Shown here piece after piece: positions 1-8,505 of a stretch of DNA of 64,000 nt (the stretch's first letter is position 1; the number at the start of each line of letters is the position of its first letter). Under the pieces are notes generated by a model that did not search any database, was not told the origin of the DNA, and saw only the letters and a program-made list of their open reading frames with translations. The position numbers were made by a program, and so were the translations under genes. The DNA is from a virus. Location: IMG/VR virus record IMGVR_UViG_3300037309_000179, positions 1 through 64,000 of that record; one strand, given 5' to 3'.

Positions 1-4
1 CCGG

Positions 5-1069
5 TCACGGCGTCACCTCCGGCGCCGTCTCCCCCGCCCACCCGGCCGGCGTCGTCACCCGCTGGGGGTGGTCGGGCGGCAGGTGGTGGGCGAGCACCCG
101 CACGTTCGACACCAGCGGCTCGCCGGTCATCCAGGGGAGTCCTCGCCACCGGATCAGATCCGGGGGCGGGTTGGCCGGCGAGTACCGCACCACCGTCAGC
201 CCGGCCACCCGCACCGTCACCCCGCCTTCGAGGTACACCTTCAGCGGGACGGCCGCCGCCGGGTGGTAGGCCAGCCGCACGTGCCGCAGCTCGACCAGCC
301 CGGTGTCCCGCGTCACCTTCACGAACACCGCCGGCCGGGCCGGGTCCGGGCGGGCGGCGTCGAACCGCACGTGCCCGATCTCGTAAGCCCCGCCCGGCTG
401 TTCGGTGTGCAGCAGCTGGGTGCAGTCCTCGCAGTTCACCCCGGAAATCCGGGTGCTGCCGCCGAACTCCCCGGCCAGCAGCAGGCAGCGGGCGACCCGG
501 CTGAAGTTGAGCACCGCCCCGCTCCACCCGCCGACCAGGTTACGCACCCCGCCGGGCGAGTCGTGGACGGTCACGCTGCTCAGGTTCACCCAGTGGGCCT
601 GCGACCGCTCGACGCTGACGCCCCACTCGGTGCAGCGGTAGAACTGACAGTCCTCGACGGTGTGAAAGTCGTTGTTCTGGTCCGGCTCGCGGTCGTCCCG
701 CCGGTGCGAGTGGTCCGTGACCCCGAACCGCGGGCGGCGGGCCGGGTCGGCGTGGTCGCCCTCGACGAACAGCCGGGAGACGCGGTTGCCGGTGCTCACC
801 CGCTCCGTCTTCACCGCCGTCCGCACCACCACCCCGGCTAGGGCCGGGGCGCGGAAGCGGATGTCGAAGTCGCTCACCTCGCACGCCCGGCAGCCGGCCA
901 GCTCGACCGCCGGGCGGTCCGGCGGGCCGTCCCACACCAGCACGCTCTGCCCGCGGCCCTTGCCGCGGATGGACTTCGACCACACCCCCTCCAGCCGCAG
1001 GGTGTCGCGGAGGACCACCTCGCCGTAGGGGAGGACGTAGTGCCCGTGCGTCCGAGTCACCCGCGCCAT
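5..1069 (-). CDS. Right-handed beta-helix (pectate-lyase-like) protein, probable tail-spike / receptor-binding accessory
   Basis: Complete 354-aa ORF (ATG 1069, stop 5-7), 11 nt downstream of the tail-fibre gene. Rung-like Gly/Asn/Val-rich segments (VRNLVGGWSGAVLNFSRV, ISGVNCEDC). Confidence 0.5.
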   Translation of the reverse strand: MARVTRTHGHYVLPYGEVVLRDTLRLEGVWSKSIRGKGRGQSVLVWDGPPDRPAVELAGCRACEVSDFDIRFRAPALAGVVVRTAVKTERVSTGNRVSRLFVEGDHADPARRPRFGVTDHSHRRDDREPDQNNDFHTVEDCQFYRCTEWGVSVERSQAHWVNLSSVTVHDSPGGVRNLVGGWSGAVLNFSRVARCLLLAGEFGGSTRISGVNCEDCTQLLHTEQPGGAYEIGHVRFDAARPDPARPAVFVKVTRDTGLVELRHVRLAYHPAAAVPLKVYLEGGVTVRVAGLTVVRYSPANPPPDLIRWRGLPWMTGEPLVSNVRVLAHHLPPDHPQRVTTPAGWAGETAPEVTP

Positions 1070-1079
1070 CGGCCGCCTC

Positions 1080-3728
1080 TCACGGGGTGTACAGGGGGAC
1101 GCGGTAGGCGGTCCCGCCGAGGAATACCGTCAGCCAGGCGTCCGGGGTGGTAGTGTCGGCCGGGGCGGGGTCGGCGGCGTCGAACCGCAGCCGGCCGGCG
1201 GGGGTGATGCCCATCAGCCGCGCCCCGCCGGTCCCGCTCGCCGCGTCACTCTGCACCTCGAACACGTCCTGGGTCTGCCCGGCCAGCCGGCGGACCACCA
1301 GCCCCTTCTCCCCGGCCGACCGGGGGAGGACGCTGGCGGTGGCGGCGGTGTCGCCGGGGCCGGAGAACACGCTCACCCCGGCCGGCAGGAACACCCACCG
1401 GCCGGCGTCCAGGATGGCCCCGAACACCCCGTTGTTCACCTTGAAAAAGAATTTGCCGTCGGCGGTCGGGGCGTTGAGCGCCACCTCCTGCGTCGCCCCC
1501 TGACACTTGATCAGCAGCACGCTGTTCGCGAACCCGGGCGTCACCAGCCCGTCCCCCACCCACAGCTGGAGGTAGCTGCGGTCGGCGGCCAGGGTGCCGA
1601 CCAGGAACCGGGAGGCGGACTGGTTGCTGTTGCCGAACAGCCCGCCGTGGGCGTTCGTGCCGGCGAGGACGGTGCCGTCGGACAGCTGCACCTGGGCCGG
1701 GTCGGCGGTCTGGCCGGGGGCCATGCGGACGGTGTGGGGCACCGCCCCGGTGGCGGTGGCGTACACGGTGACGGCGGTGCCGGCGAGCGGCACGCCCGGC
1801 CCGCCCCGGCCGACCTCCGTCCAGTTGGCCCCGTCCCACCGCAGCTCCAGCTCGTCCCCGGCGGCGAAGGTGGCGTTGGCCGCCCCGCTCAGCCGCAGGT
1901 TGCCGGCCCCGTGCTGGAGTTCGCGGGCGGTGGTGAACCGCACCCGCACCGTCTGGTCCTTGTGCCCGGCGGTGAGGGCGGTCACCGCCCCGCCGCCCGC
2001 CCCGAGCGGCACCGCCGCGTACCCCTGGAGGGGGAACAGGTCGGGGGAGGTGACGTCGGCGGCCTGCGGGGCGAGGGCGTCCCCGCCGAGGACCGGCCGC
2101 ACGAACTCCACGTTCGCCAGGCTCGCCCCGGCCACGTTGCACCGCTTCGGCACCGCACACCCGGCGAAGTCGAAGTCCAGCCGGGAGCCGGCCGGCACCG
2201 CCGCCCCGGTCGGCACGAGCAGGCCGAACGCGTACCCGGTCGCCCGGCAGCCGGCCGCCCGGATGACGGCCGAGTTGGCGTGCGGGGTGGACCGGGTGTC
2301 CCAGTAGATGGCGGCGGCGGCCGGGTCGCCGGCCTCCATCGACACCGCGGTCAGGACGAGCGTCCCCCGCGCCCCGTCCCCCACCTGGATGCCGTTGCAC
2401 CCGGTCGTGCGGACGTTCTCCAGTTCGAACACCGAGGCGGCGCCGTTCCCGCTGGACAGGCCGACCAGGGCGGCGGTGGAGAACCCGGCGCCGCCGACGC
2501 ACAGCCCGTTCGCCACCTTGCACGCCCCGCTCACCAGCGGCCCCTCGAAGTAGCCGGCGACGATGCGGTCGAGGACGAAGCCGCTGACCAGGCAGTCCTC
2601 GGTCTGCAGGCCGGCGTCGGTCGGGGCCTTGAAGCTGAACCCGTTCCCCACCCGCGACCCGACCACGTTCGTGAACGTCAGCCGCTTGGACCCGTACAGG
2701 TCGAGGACGCTGCTGGACGTGGCGACGGTGGTGCCGCCGCCGTGGACGACGATGCCCGTGCCGCCGCCGCCCCGGCACAGGGCCGGCTCCAGGAAGTCGC
2801 CGTAGGTGAAGGCGTCCTCCCCCACCAGGGTGAGGTTCTCCACCCACAGCCCGTCCACGCACGACACCACCGGCCCCTCGCCGAACCGCTCGCACACCAC
2901 GTCCTTGAGCGCGAACCGGCCGTTCGCCCCGTAGGTGGTGGACAGGGCGTTCTCCACCGACCAGTTGACGGGGTGGCACTTGAAGTTGACGATGCGGAGG
3001 CCCTGCACCGTCCAGTTCTTCGTCGCCCCGGCGACGGTCGACCAGTTCTTGATGCCGTCGTGCAGGACCGAACTCTGGGCGACGGCCGACTGCGGGGCGG
3101 TGAACCCCGGCTGGCCGGCCTCGTTCCCGTCGAGGGTGCCGCCCAGCCCGTGCGGCCAGCCGACGAACCCGCCGCCGGGGTGGTTGCGGACCAGGAACAC
3201 GTTGGTGTGCTTGCCGTCGGTCAGCTGGCCGTTGGCCATGCGGACCGTGCAGCCGGGCGGCACGAGGAGGGTGCAGTAGTCGGCGGTGGTGGGCGGCTTG
3301 AGGCAGTAGTACACCGCGTCCCCGTCGTGGGTGACGGTGAGCGGCCAGGTGCCGGCCGGCAGCTCCAGCGCCTCGCCGGCGGCGACGGCGGCGGCCAGGG
3401 CGGCCTGGACGGCGGTGCGGTTGGCGGTGCCGTCGGTCGGGGACAGGGCGGCCGCCGGCAGCCGGCGGACGGCGGCCACGCCCAGGTGGACGCGGGCGGT
3501 CGGCGGGCTGGGCAGGTCGGACAGGTTGTTCGCCGGCTGGAGGCCGCCCCCCCCGCCCCCGCCGCCCCCGCCGGCCAGGTACGGCAGGGCGGCCCACGGG
3601 GTCACCCCGTCCCCGATCTTCACCCGCTCGGTGTCCTCCTCGAACGCGATCGCCCCGGCCGGCAGGACCGAGTTCGCCGACGCCCAGTCGGCGGCGGTGG
3701 CGGTGAGCGGCTGGTACGGGGGCGGCAT
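1080..3728 (-). CDS. Tail fibre / tail-spike: Mtd_N-like N-terminus, poly-Gly linker, large beta-helix (depolymerase-like) body
   Basis: ATG at 3726-3728 gives MPPPYQPLTATAADWASANSVLPAGAIAFEEDTERVKIGDGVTPWAALPYL (pattern of phage tail-fibre N-terminal 'major tropism determinant N' domains), then G10. The long ORF upstream of this ATG looks non-coding. Confidence 0.7.
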   Translation of the reverse strand: MPPPYQPLTATAADWASANSVLPAGAIAFEEDTERVKIGDGVTPWAALPYLAGGGGGGGGGGLQPANNLSDLPSPPTARVHLGVAAVRRLPAAALSPTDGTANRTAVQAALAAAVAAGEALELPAGTWPLTVTHDGDAVYYCLKPPTTADYCTLLVPPGCTVRMANGQLTDGKHTNVFLVRNHPGGGFVGWPHGLGGTLDGNEAGQPGFTAPQSAVAQSSVLHDGIKNWSTVAGATKNWTVQGLRIVNFKCHPVNWSVENALSTTYGANGRFALKDVVCERFGEGPVVSCVDGLWVENLTLVGEDAFTYGDFLEPALCRGGGGTGIVVHGGGTTVATSSSVLDLYGSKRLTFTNVVGSRVGNGFSFKAPTDAGLQTEDCLVSGFVLDRIVAGYFEGPLVSGACKVANGLCVGGAGFSTAALVGLSSGNGAASVFELENVRTTGCNGIQVGDGARGTLVLTAVSMEAGDPAAAAIYWDTRSTPHANSAVIRAAGCRATGYAFGLLVPTGAAVPAGSRLDFDFAGCAVPKRCNVAGASLANVEFVRPVLGGDALAPQAADVTSPDLFPLQGYAAVPLGAGGGAVTALTAGHKDQTVRVRFTTARELQHGAGNLRLSGAANATFAAGDELELRWDGANWTEVGRGGPGVPLAGTAVTVYATATGAVPHTVRMAPGQTADPAQVQLSDGTVLAGTNAHGGLFGNSNQSASRFLVGTLAADRSYLQLWVGDGLVTPGFANSVLLIKCQGATQEVALNAPTADGKFFFKVNNGVFGAILDAGRWVFLPAGVSVFSGPGDTAATASVLPRSAGEKGLVVRRLAGQTQDVFEVQSDAASGTGGARLMGITPAGRLRFDAADPAPADTTTPDAWLTVFLGGTAYRVPLYTP

Positions 3729-3752
3729 CCGGGGGTCCCACCGAGGGGGCGA

Positions 3753-3847
3753 GGGTCGGCTACAACCGTAGCCCCGGAACCGGCCCCGCGCAACGGGGCC
3801 GCGGGATTGCGCGGGGCCGGTTCCGGTGCTACGGTTGTAGCCGACCC
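3753..3847. repeat. Near-perfect 41-bp inverted repeat (40/41 pairing) with a 13-nt centre
   Basis: Left arm 3753-3793 GGGTCGGCTACAACCGTAGCCCCGGAACCGGCCCCGCGCAA. Right arm 3807-3847 is its reverse complement with one mismatch. Lies between the divergent tail-fibre and terS starts. Confidence 0.9.
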
Positions 3848-3861
3848 GACCCGGAGCGACC

Positions 3862-4392
3862 GTGGGCACCCGAGGGCCGTTGCCGACCCCGCACGCGGTG
3901 CGGAACCAGTACCGCCACCCGCGGCCGGACGCCCGCCCGCGGCCGGCCCCGGCCCCGCCGCCCCCACCCGACCACTTCGCCGGGCTGCCCGAGCTGGCCG
4001 TCTGGCAGCGGGTGTGCGACACCCTGGCGGACATGGGCCTGCTGACGGCGGCGGACTGGGCGGCGGTGGAGCGGTACTGCGTGGACCTGGTGCTGTGGCG
4101 GGCGTGCGTGGCGTTCCTGCGTAAGAGCGGGGCGACGTACACCCTGCGGTCGGCGAACCCGGCCGTCCCGCACCTGGGGGAGATCCCGAACACCCGCCCG
4201 GTGATGTACGCGACGGCCCGCGCCCGCCACCCGGAGTGGGCGATCAAGGCCGACCTGGAGCGGGCCATGCGGGCGTTCGAGACGAGCTTCGGCCTGTCGC
4301 CGGGGGCGCGGACCCGGCTGTCCGCCCCGGCCCCCGGCCCGGCCCTGGCGGACGCCGACGAACCGGCGGTCCGGGCGAGGGTGCGGGGATGA
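3862..4392 (+). CDS. terS: Terminase small subunit, P27 family
   Basis: 176 aa. The central block WQRVCDTLADMGLLTAADWAAVERYCVDLVLWRACVAFLRKSG...FGLSPGARTRL matches the P27-type small terminase pattern. Sits just upstream of terL. GTG start is provisional. Confidence 0.8.
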   Translation: MGTRGPLPTPHAVRNQYRHPRPDARPRPAPAPPPPPDHFAGLPELAVWQRVCDTLADMGLLTAADWAAVERYCVDLVLWRACVAFLRKSGATYTLRSANPAVPHLGEIPNTRPVMYATARARHPEWAIKADLERAMRAFETSFGLSPGARTRLSAPAPGPALADADEPAVRARVRG

Positions 4393-4556
4393 CCGTCTGG
4401 ACAGACGCGAGGGACGCGATGGCTTGTACCGAGGTGACGGTCGTCGTGCGGGTCCGCCGCGGCTGGCGGTTCCGGCTCGGCCTGTGGCTGGTGGCGTCCG
4501 GGTTCCGGCTGATGGGCGTCGGGACGGTGACCGTCGCCCCGGAGGGGAGCGGATGA
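4389..4556 (+). CDS. Hypothetical small protein
   Basis: 55 aa. ATG overlaps the terS stop (ATGA) and its own stop overlaps the next ATG. Confidence 0.35.
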   Translation: MTVWTDARDAMACTEVTVVVRVRRGWRFRLGLWLVASGFRLMGVGTVTVAPEGSG

Positions 4557-4843
4557 CGACGGGCGAGCGGCGGCTGGTTCAGGTGCGGGTGAGCGACGCG
4601 GTGATGGCGTGGTTCTTCGCCCCGTCGCCCGGCGGGGTGGAGTGCGTCCACGGCATCCCCGGCGACGCCGTGCTGGTCCACCTCGGCCGTGACCCCCTCA
4701 CCGGCGAGGTGACGCTGCTGTTCGCCCACCCGACGTTCGACCCGGTGCCGGCGGGCGATCGGGTGCCGGAGCGGCAGGTGCGGTTCGCGCGGCGCGACGC
4801 CCCCCTGCCCCGCCCGGCGTACCCGCGGGGCGTCGCCGTATGA
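4553..4843 (+). CDS. Hypothetical protein
   Basis: 96 aa. ATGA coupling at both ends (4553-4556 and 4840-4843). Confidence 0.45.
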   Translation: MTTGERRLVQVRVSDAVMAWFFAPSPGGVECVHGIPGDAVLVHLGRDPLTGEVTLLFAHPTFDPVPAGDRVPERQVRFARRDAPLPRPAYPRGVAV

Positions 4844-6822
4844 CCGCCCCCCCGGACGGCCCGGCCCGGCGGGAGCGGCGGCTGTCGCTCGCCGAGGTGG
4901 ACCGCGACACCCGGACCTGGGTCCGCAACGCCGCCGACGAGCTGGCGGCGCGGGACGGGTGCCGGTTCGACGAGGCCCGCGGGCGGTTCACCGTCGAGTG
5001 GATCGAGGACTACTGCACCCTGTACGAGGGGGACTCGGCCGGGCAGCCGATGACCCTGCACGACTGGCAGCTGGACTGCACGCTGCGGATGTTCGGGTGG
5101 GTGCGGTGGAGCGACAAGTGGGGGCGGCTGATCCGCCGGTTCCGCGAGGCGGACATCTACATCTGCAAGAAGAACGGCAAGTCCCCGACGCTGGCGGCGT
5201 GGGGGCTGTACCTGCTGTGCGGGGACGGGGAGCCGGGGCAGAAGGTGTTCCTGGCGGCGAAGGACGGGAAGCAGGCGCGGGACATCGCCGGCCAGCACGC
5301 GATGGCGATGGTCGAGCAGTCCCCGCTCCTGGACTTCAAACAGGGCGGGTGCTGCAAGATCAACCTGAACGAGGCGAGCATCACCCACCGGCCCACCCGG
5401 TCGGTGATGGCCCCGCTGTCCAGCAGCACCGAGCGGACGCAGGAGTCGAAGGAGGGGCTGAACGGGTGCGTGCTGGTGGACGAGACGCACGTGGTGGACC
5501 GGGCGTTCGTCCACCGCATCAGCCGCGCCCACCTGAGCCGCAGCGAGCCGTTCTTCATCAAGGTGAGCACGGCCGGGAACAACCCGGACAGCTACGGCAA
5601 GGACCGGTTCGACTACGCCCGGCTGGTGGAGGCGGGGAGGGCGGAGGACCAGGGGCTGTTCACCGCCCTGTTCGCCGCCCCGCAGGACGTGACCGACGCC
5701 GAGATCGACGCCGACCCGGTGAAGTACGGGCGGATGGCGAACCCGGCGTGGGGGCGGCTGATCGACCCGGAGGAGTTCGCCGAGGACTACCGCAAGAGCC
5801 GGGCGCAGGGGATCGCCGAGTTCATCCAGTTCAAGATGTACCGGCTGGACATCTGGCAGCGGGCGGCCAACCCGTGGCTGCGGATGAGCGACTGGGACGC
5901 GGGCCGGGCGGACCTGACCGAGGAGCGGCTGGCCGGGCGGAAGTGCTGGCTCGGGATGGACCTGTCGAAGACGAGCGACATGACGGCGGTGGTCGCCTGC
6001 TTCGAGGGGGACGAGCCGGAGACGTACCTGCTGGTGCCCCACTTCTGGCTGCCGGAGGCGGCGGCGCGGGCGAACGCCAAGCTGGTGCCGTTCCTCGCCT
6101 GGGCCGAGCACGGGCACCTGACGCTCACCCCCGGTGCCGTCACCGACTACGGGTACGTGCGGACCCGCATCCGCGACCTGGCGGCGACGTTCGACGTGCA
6201 GGGGCTGTACTACGACCCCACCTACGCCGCCCAGCTGACCCAGCAGGTGAGCGAGGGGGAGTACACCCCGGACGGGCGGGTGCTGGTGCCGGGGCTGGGC
6301 ATCGAGCGGGTGGAGTTCCCGCAGCGGATAGTGTCCCTGGCCGGGCCGACCGCCGACTTCGAGCGGCTGGTGCTGGCCGGGCGGCTGAAGCACCCCGGCC
6401 ACCCGGTGCTCGACTGGCAGGCCGGGCACGCGACGGTGTACCGGGACGCGAACGGGAACAAGCGGCCGATCAAGCCGAAGCGGGACGACGTGAAGAAGAT
6501 CGACGGGATCGTGGCCGCGATCATGGCCCTGGCCGGGGCGATGGCCGGCACCGGGGCCGAGCGGTCGGTTTACAACCACCAGAGGTTACGCACCCTTGGC
6601 GGCTCCGAAGACCCCCCCGACCGGCGGCCCGCCCCCCTCCCCCGCCCGCACCCGGACGGCGAAGGCGAAGGCGGCCCCGCCGCCGACCCCGAAGGCGAAG
6701 CCGGCACCGAAACCGGCGGCCCGGACGGCCCGCTCGTCGTCGCCCGCGACGAACGCCAAGACCCCGACCCGCGGGCCGAGCGGTGGCGGCGGTGGGCGGC
6801 GGGGGGCGACCTCGACGACTGA
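4840..6822 (+). CDS. terL: Terminase large subunit (Terminase_1-like ATPase + nuclease)
   Basis: Walker-A-like ICKKNGKSPTLAAWGL, Walker-B-like CVLVDETH, nuclease-domain GMDLSKTSDMTAVV. The acidic/Pro-rich last ~75 aa overlap the portal ORF, so the 3' end is uncertain. Confidence 0.9.
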   Translation: MTAPPDGPARRERRLSLAEVDRDTRTWVRNAADELAARDGCRFDEARGRFTVEWIEDYCTLYEGDSAGQPMTLHDWQLDCTLRMFGWVRWSDKWGRLIRRFREADIYICKKNGKSPTLAAWGLYLLCGDGEPGQKVFLAAKDGKQARDIAGQHAMAMVEQSPLLDFKQGGCCKINLNEASITHRPTRSVMAPLSSSTERTQESKEGLNGCVLVDETHVVDRAFVHRISRAHLSRSEPFFIKVSTAGNNPDSYGKDRFDYARLVEAGRAEDQGLFTALFAAPQDVTDAEIDADPVKYGRMANPAWGRLIDPEEFAEDYRKSRAQGIAEFIQFKMYRLDIWQRAANPWLRMSDWDAGRADLTEERLAGRKCWLGMDLSKTSDMTAVVACFEGDEPETYLLVPHFWLPEAAARANAKLVPFLAWAEHGHLTLTPGAVTDYGYVRTRIRDLAATFDVQGLYYDPTYAAQLTQQVSEGEYTPDGRVLVPGLGIERVEFPQRIVSLAGPTADFERLVLAGRLKHPGHPVLDWQAGHATVYRDANGNKRPIKPKRDDVKKIDGIVAAIMALAGAMAGTGAERSVYNHQRLRTLGGSEDPPDRRPAPLPRPHPDGEGEGGPAADPEGEAGTETGGPDGPLVVARDERQDPDPRAERWRRWAAGGDLDD

Positions 6823-8494
6823 GCTGAAGCCCCGCACCGACCGCTCGGGCGGCGACCGCGGCCGCGTCACCCTCCCCGCCCAGCCGGCCGACGGCCACTT
6901 CCCCGGCCGGGTGAGCGAGGCGACGGCGCTCACCATCTCCACCTACTGGGCGTGCATCAGCACCATCGCCGACGACCTGGCGGCGGTGCCGTGGCGGGCG
7001 TTCCGCAAGACCGCCCCGACCCGCCGCGAGCTGGACGACGACGGGCGGGTGGACTGGCTGTTGGCCAAGCAGCCGAACCCGGAGCAGACGGCGTTCGCCT
7101 TCCGCCAGACCCAGCTGAGCCGGGTGCTCGGGCGGGGGAACGCCTACGCCGAGGTGGAGCGGGACGCGGCCGGGCGGCCGGTGTGGGTGTGGCCGCTGGA
7201 CACCGACCGGGTGACCCCGGAGCGGCACGACGGCGAACTCGTGTACCGGGTGAGCAACTGGAGCCGCGGGGACACCTTCCTGCTGGCGAAGGACGTGCTC
7301 CACTTCCGCGGGCTGGGCGACGGGGTGGCCGGGTACAGCGTGCTGGAGGCGGCCAGCCGCACCCTGCTGTCCGCCCTCGGGCTGGACAAGTACGCGAACG
7401 AGACGGCGGACAGCAAGGCGCAGATGCAGCTGGGCGGGGTGCTGCGGACGAAGAAGAAGCTGAGCGAGGAGGCGGCGGCCCGGCTCGGCCGGGACTTCGA
7501 GAAGCGGCACCTCGGGCGGCGGGGGTCGGTGGCGGTGCTGGAAGACGAGATGGAGTTCGACCCGCACAAGTTCAGCAGCCCGCACGACGTGCAGCTCATC
7601 CAGAGCCGCCAGTTCACCGCCACCGAGATCGCCCGCATCTTCAAAATCCCGCCGCACAAGGTGGGCCTGTTGGAGAGGTCAACGAATTCCAACATTGAAA
7701 AACAGGCCATCGAGTACGTGATCGGCTGCCTGGTGCCGTGGGCGGTGCGGCTGGAGCAGGAGGCGGACGTGAAGCTGGTCGGCCCGCTGGCCATGGCCCG
7801 GCGGTACACCAAGCACAACCTGGCCGAACTCATGCGGGGGGACTCGGCGGCCCGCGCCGAGTTGGTGGACAAGCTGATCCGCAACGGGGTGCTGTCCGCG
7901 AACGACGTGCGGGCGATGGACGACCTGAACCCGGTGCCGTTCGGGGACACCTACTTCGTCCCCGCCCAGTGGAACACCCTGGAGCGGGCGGCGAAGGGCG
8001 AGCCGGTGGCGCCCGGCGAGGGGCCGAAGCCGGGCGACCCGCAGTACCGGCCGGGGGAGAAGTCCCCGCCGGTCGAGCGGGAGAGGCCGGCGGACGCCAT
8101 GTCCGCCCTCGCCCCGGTGGTCGGGGACGCCGCCGCCCGCATCGTCCGCCGGGAGGCGCACCGGCTGGGGTACGCGGCGGCCGAGTACAAGCCGGGCACC
8201 CCGCGGTTCGCCGAGTGGCTGGCCGGGTTCCGGGACGACCACCGGGAGTACGTCCGCAAGGCCCTCCGCCCGCTCGCCGACGCCGCCCGCCTGGACCCGG
8301 CGGTGGCCGACGTGCTGCTCGCCGCCGAGGCCGCCCGCGCTTGGGCCGAGTTCGAGCCGCACGCCGCCGCCCCGCCCGCCGCCCCGGCGGACGAGACGGC
8401 CAGCCGCTGGGCGGACGAGCGGGGGAAGCCGCTGGCCGCCCGCCTCGCCCGCGCCCTGCACGCCGCCGCCGCCCTGTACCCCGCCACCGCCTGA
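6596..8494 (+). CDS. Portal protein, HK97 family
   Basis: TISTYWACISTIADDLAAVPW...RGNAYAEVERDAAGRPVWVWPLD...IFKIPPHKVGLLERSTNSNIE is portal-like. The longest ORF starts at TTG 6596 (Ala/Lys/Pro-rich). An in-frame GTG at 6911 would avoid the overlap with terL. Confidence 0.85.
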   Translation: MAAPKTPPTGGPPPSPARTRTAKAKAAPPPTPKAKPAPKPAARTARSSSPATNAKTPTRGPSGGGGGRRGATSTTELKPRTDRSGGDRGRVTLPAQPADGHFPGRVSEATALTISTYWACISTIADDLAAVPWRAFRKTAPTRRELDDDGRVDWLLAKQPNPEQTAFAFRQTQLSRVLGRGNAYAEVERDAAGRPVWVWPLDTDRVTPERHDGELVYRVSNWSRGDTFLLAKDVLHFRGLGDGVAGYSVLEAASRTLLSALGLDKYANETADSKAQMQLGGVLRTKKKLSEEAAARLGRDFEKRHLGRRGSVAVLEDEMEFDPHKFSSPHDVQLIQSRQFTATEIARIFKIPPHKVGLLERSTNSNIEKQAIEYVIGCLVPWAVRLEQEADVKLVGPLAMARRYTKHNLAELMRGDSAARAELVDKLIRNGVLSANDVRAMDDLNPVPFGDTYFVPAQWNTLERAAKGEPVAPGEGPKPGDPQYRPGEKSPPVERERPADAMSALAPVVGDAAARIVRREAHRLGYAAAEYKPGTPRFAEWLAGFRDDHREYVRKALRPLADAARLDPAVADVLLAAEAARAWAEFEPHAAAPPAAPADETASRWADERGKPLAARLARALHAAAALYPATA

Positions 8495-8505
8495 CGAGGC
8501 CCGCC

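Noticed and set aside
3541-3575. A G/C homopolymer-rich tract as a G-quadruplex or phase-variation tract
   Set aside because: It lies in frame inside the tail-fibre gene and simply encodes the Gly10 hinge. Codon usage varies within the run (GGC, GGG), so it is not a pure slippery homopolymer.
1080-3728. Diversity-generating retroelement, suggested by the Mtd_N-like N-terminus
   Set aside because: There is no reverse transcriptase, no template/variable repeat pair and no C-type-lectin-like C-terminus in the window. The resemblance is limited to the generic tail-fibre N-terminal domain.
1246-4124. Very long ORFs (831 aa on the minus strand, 825 aa on the plus strand) overlapping the tail-fibre gene
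   Set aside because: Their translations are Arg/Gly/Pro/His-rich, low-complexity noise typical of off-frame or antisense reading of ~70% GC DNA. The in-frame tail-fibre ORF has recognisable domain content.
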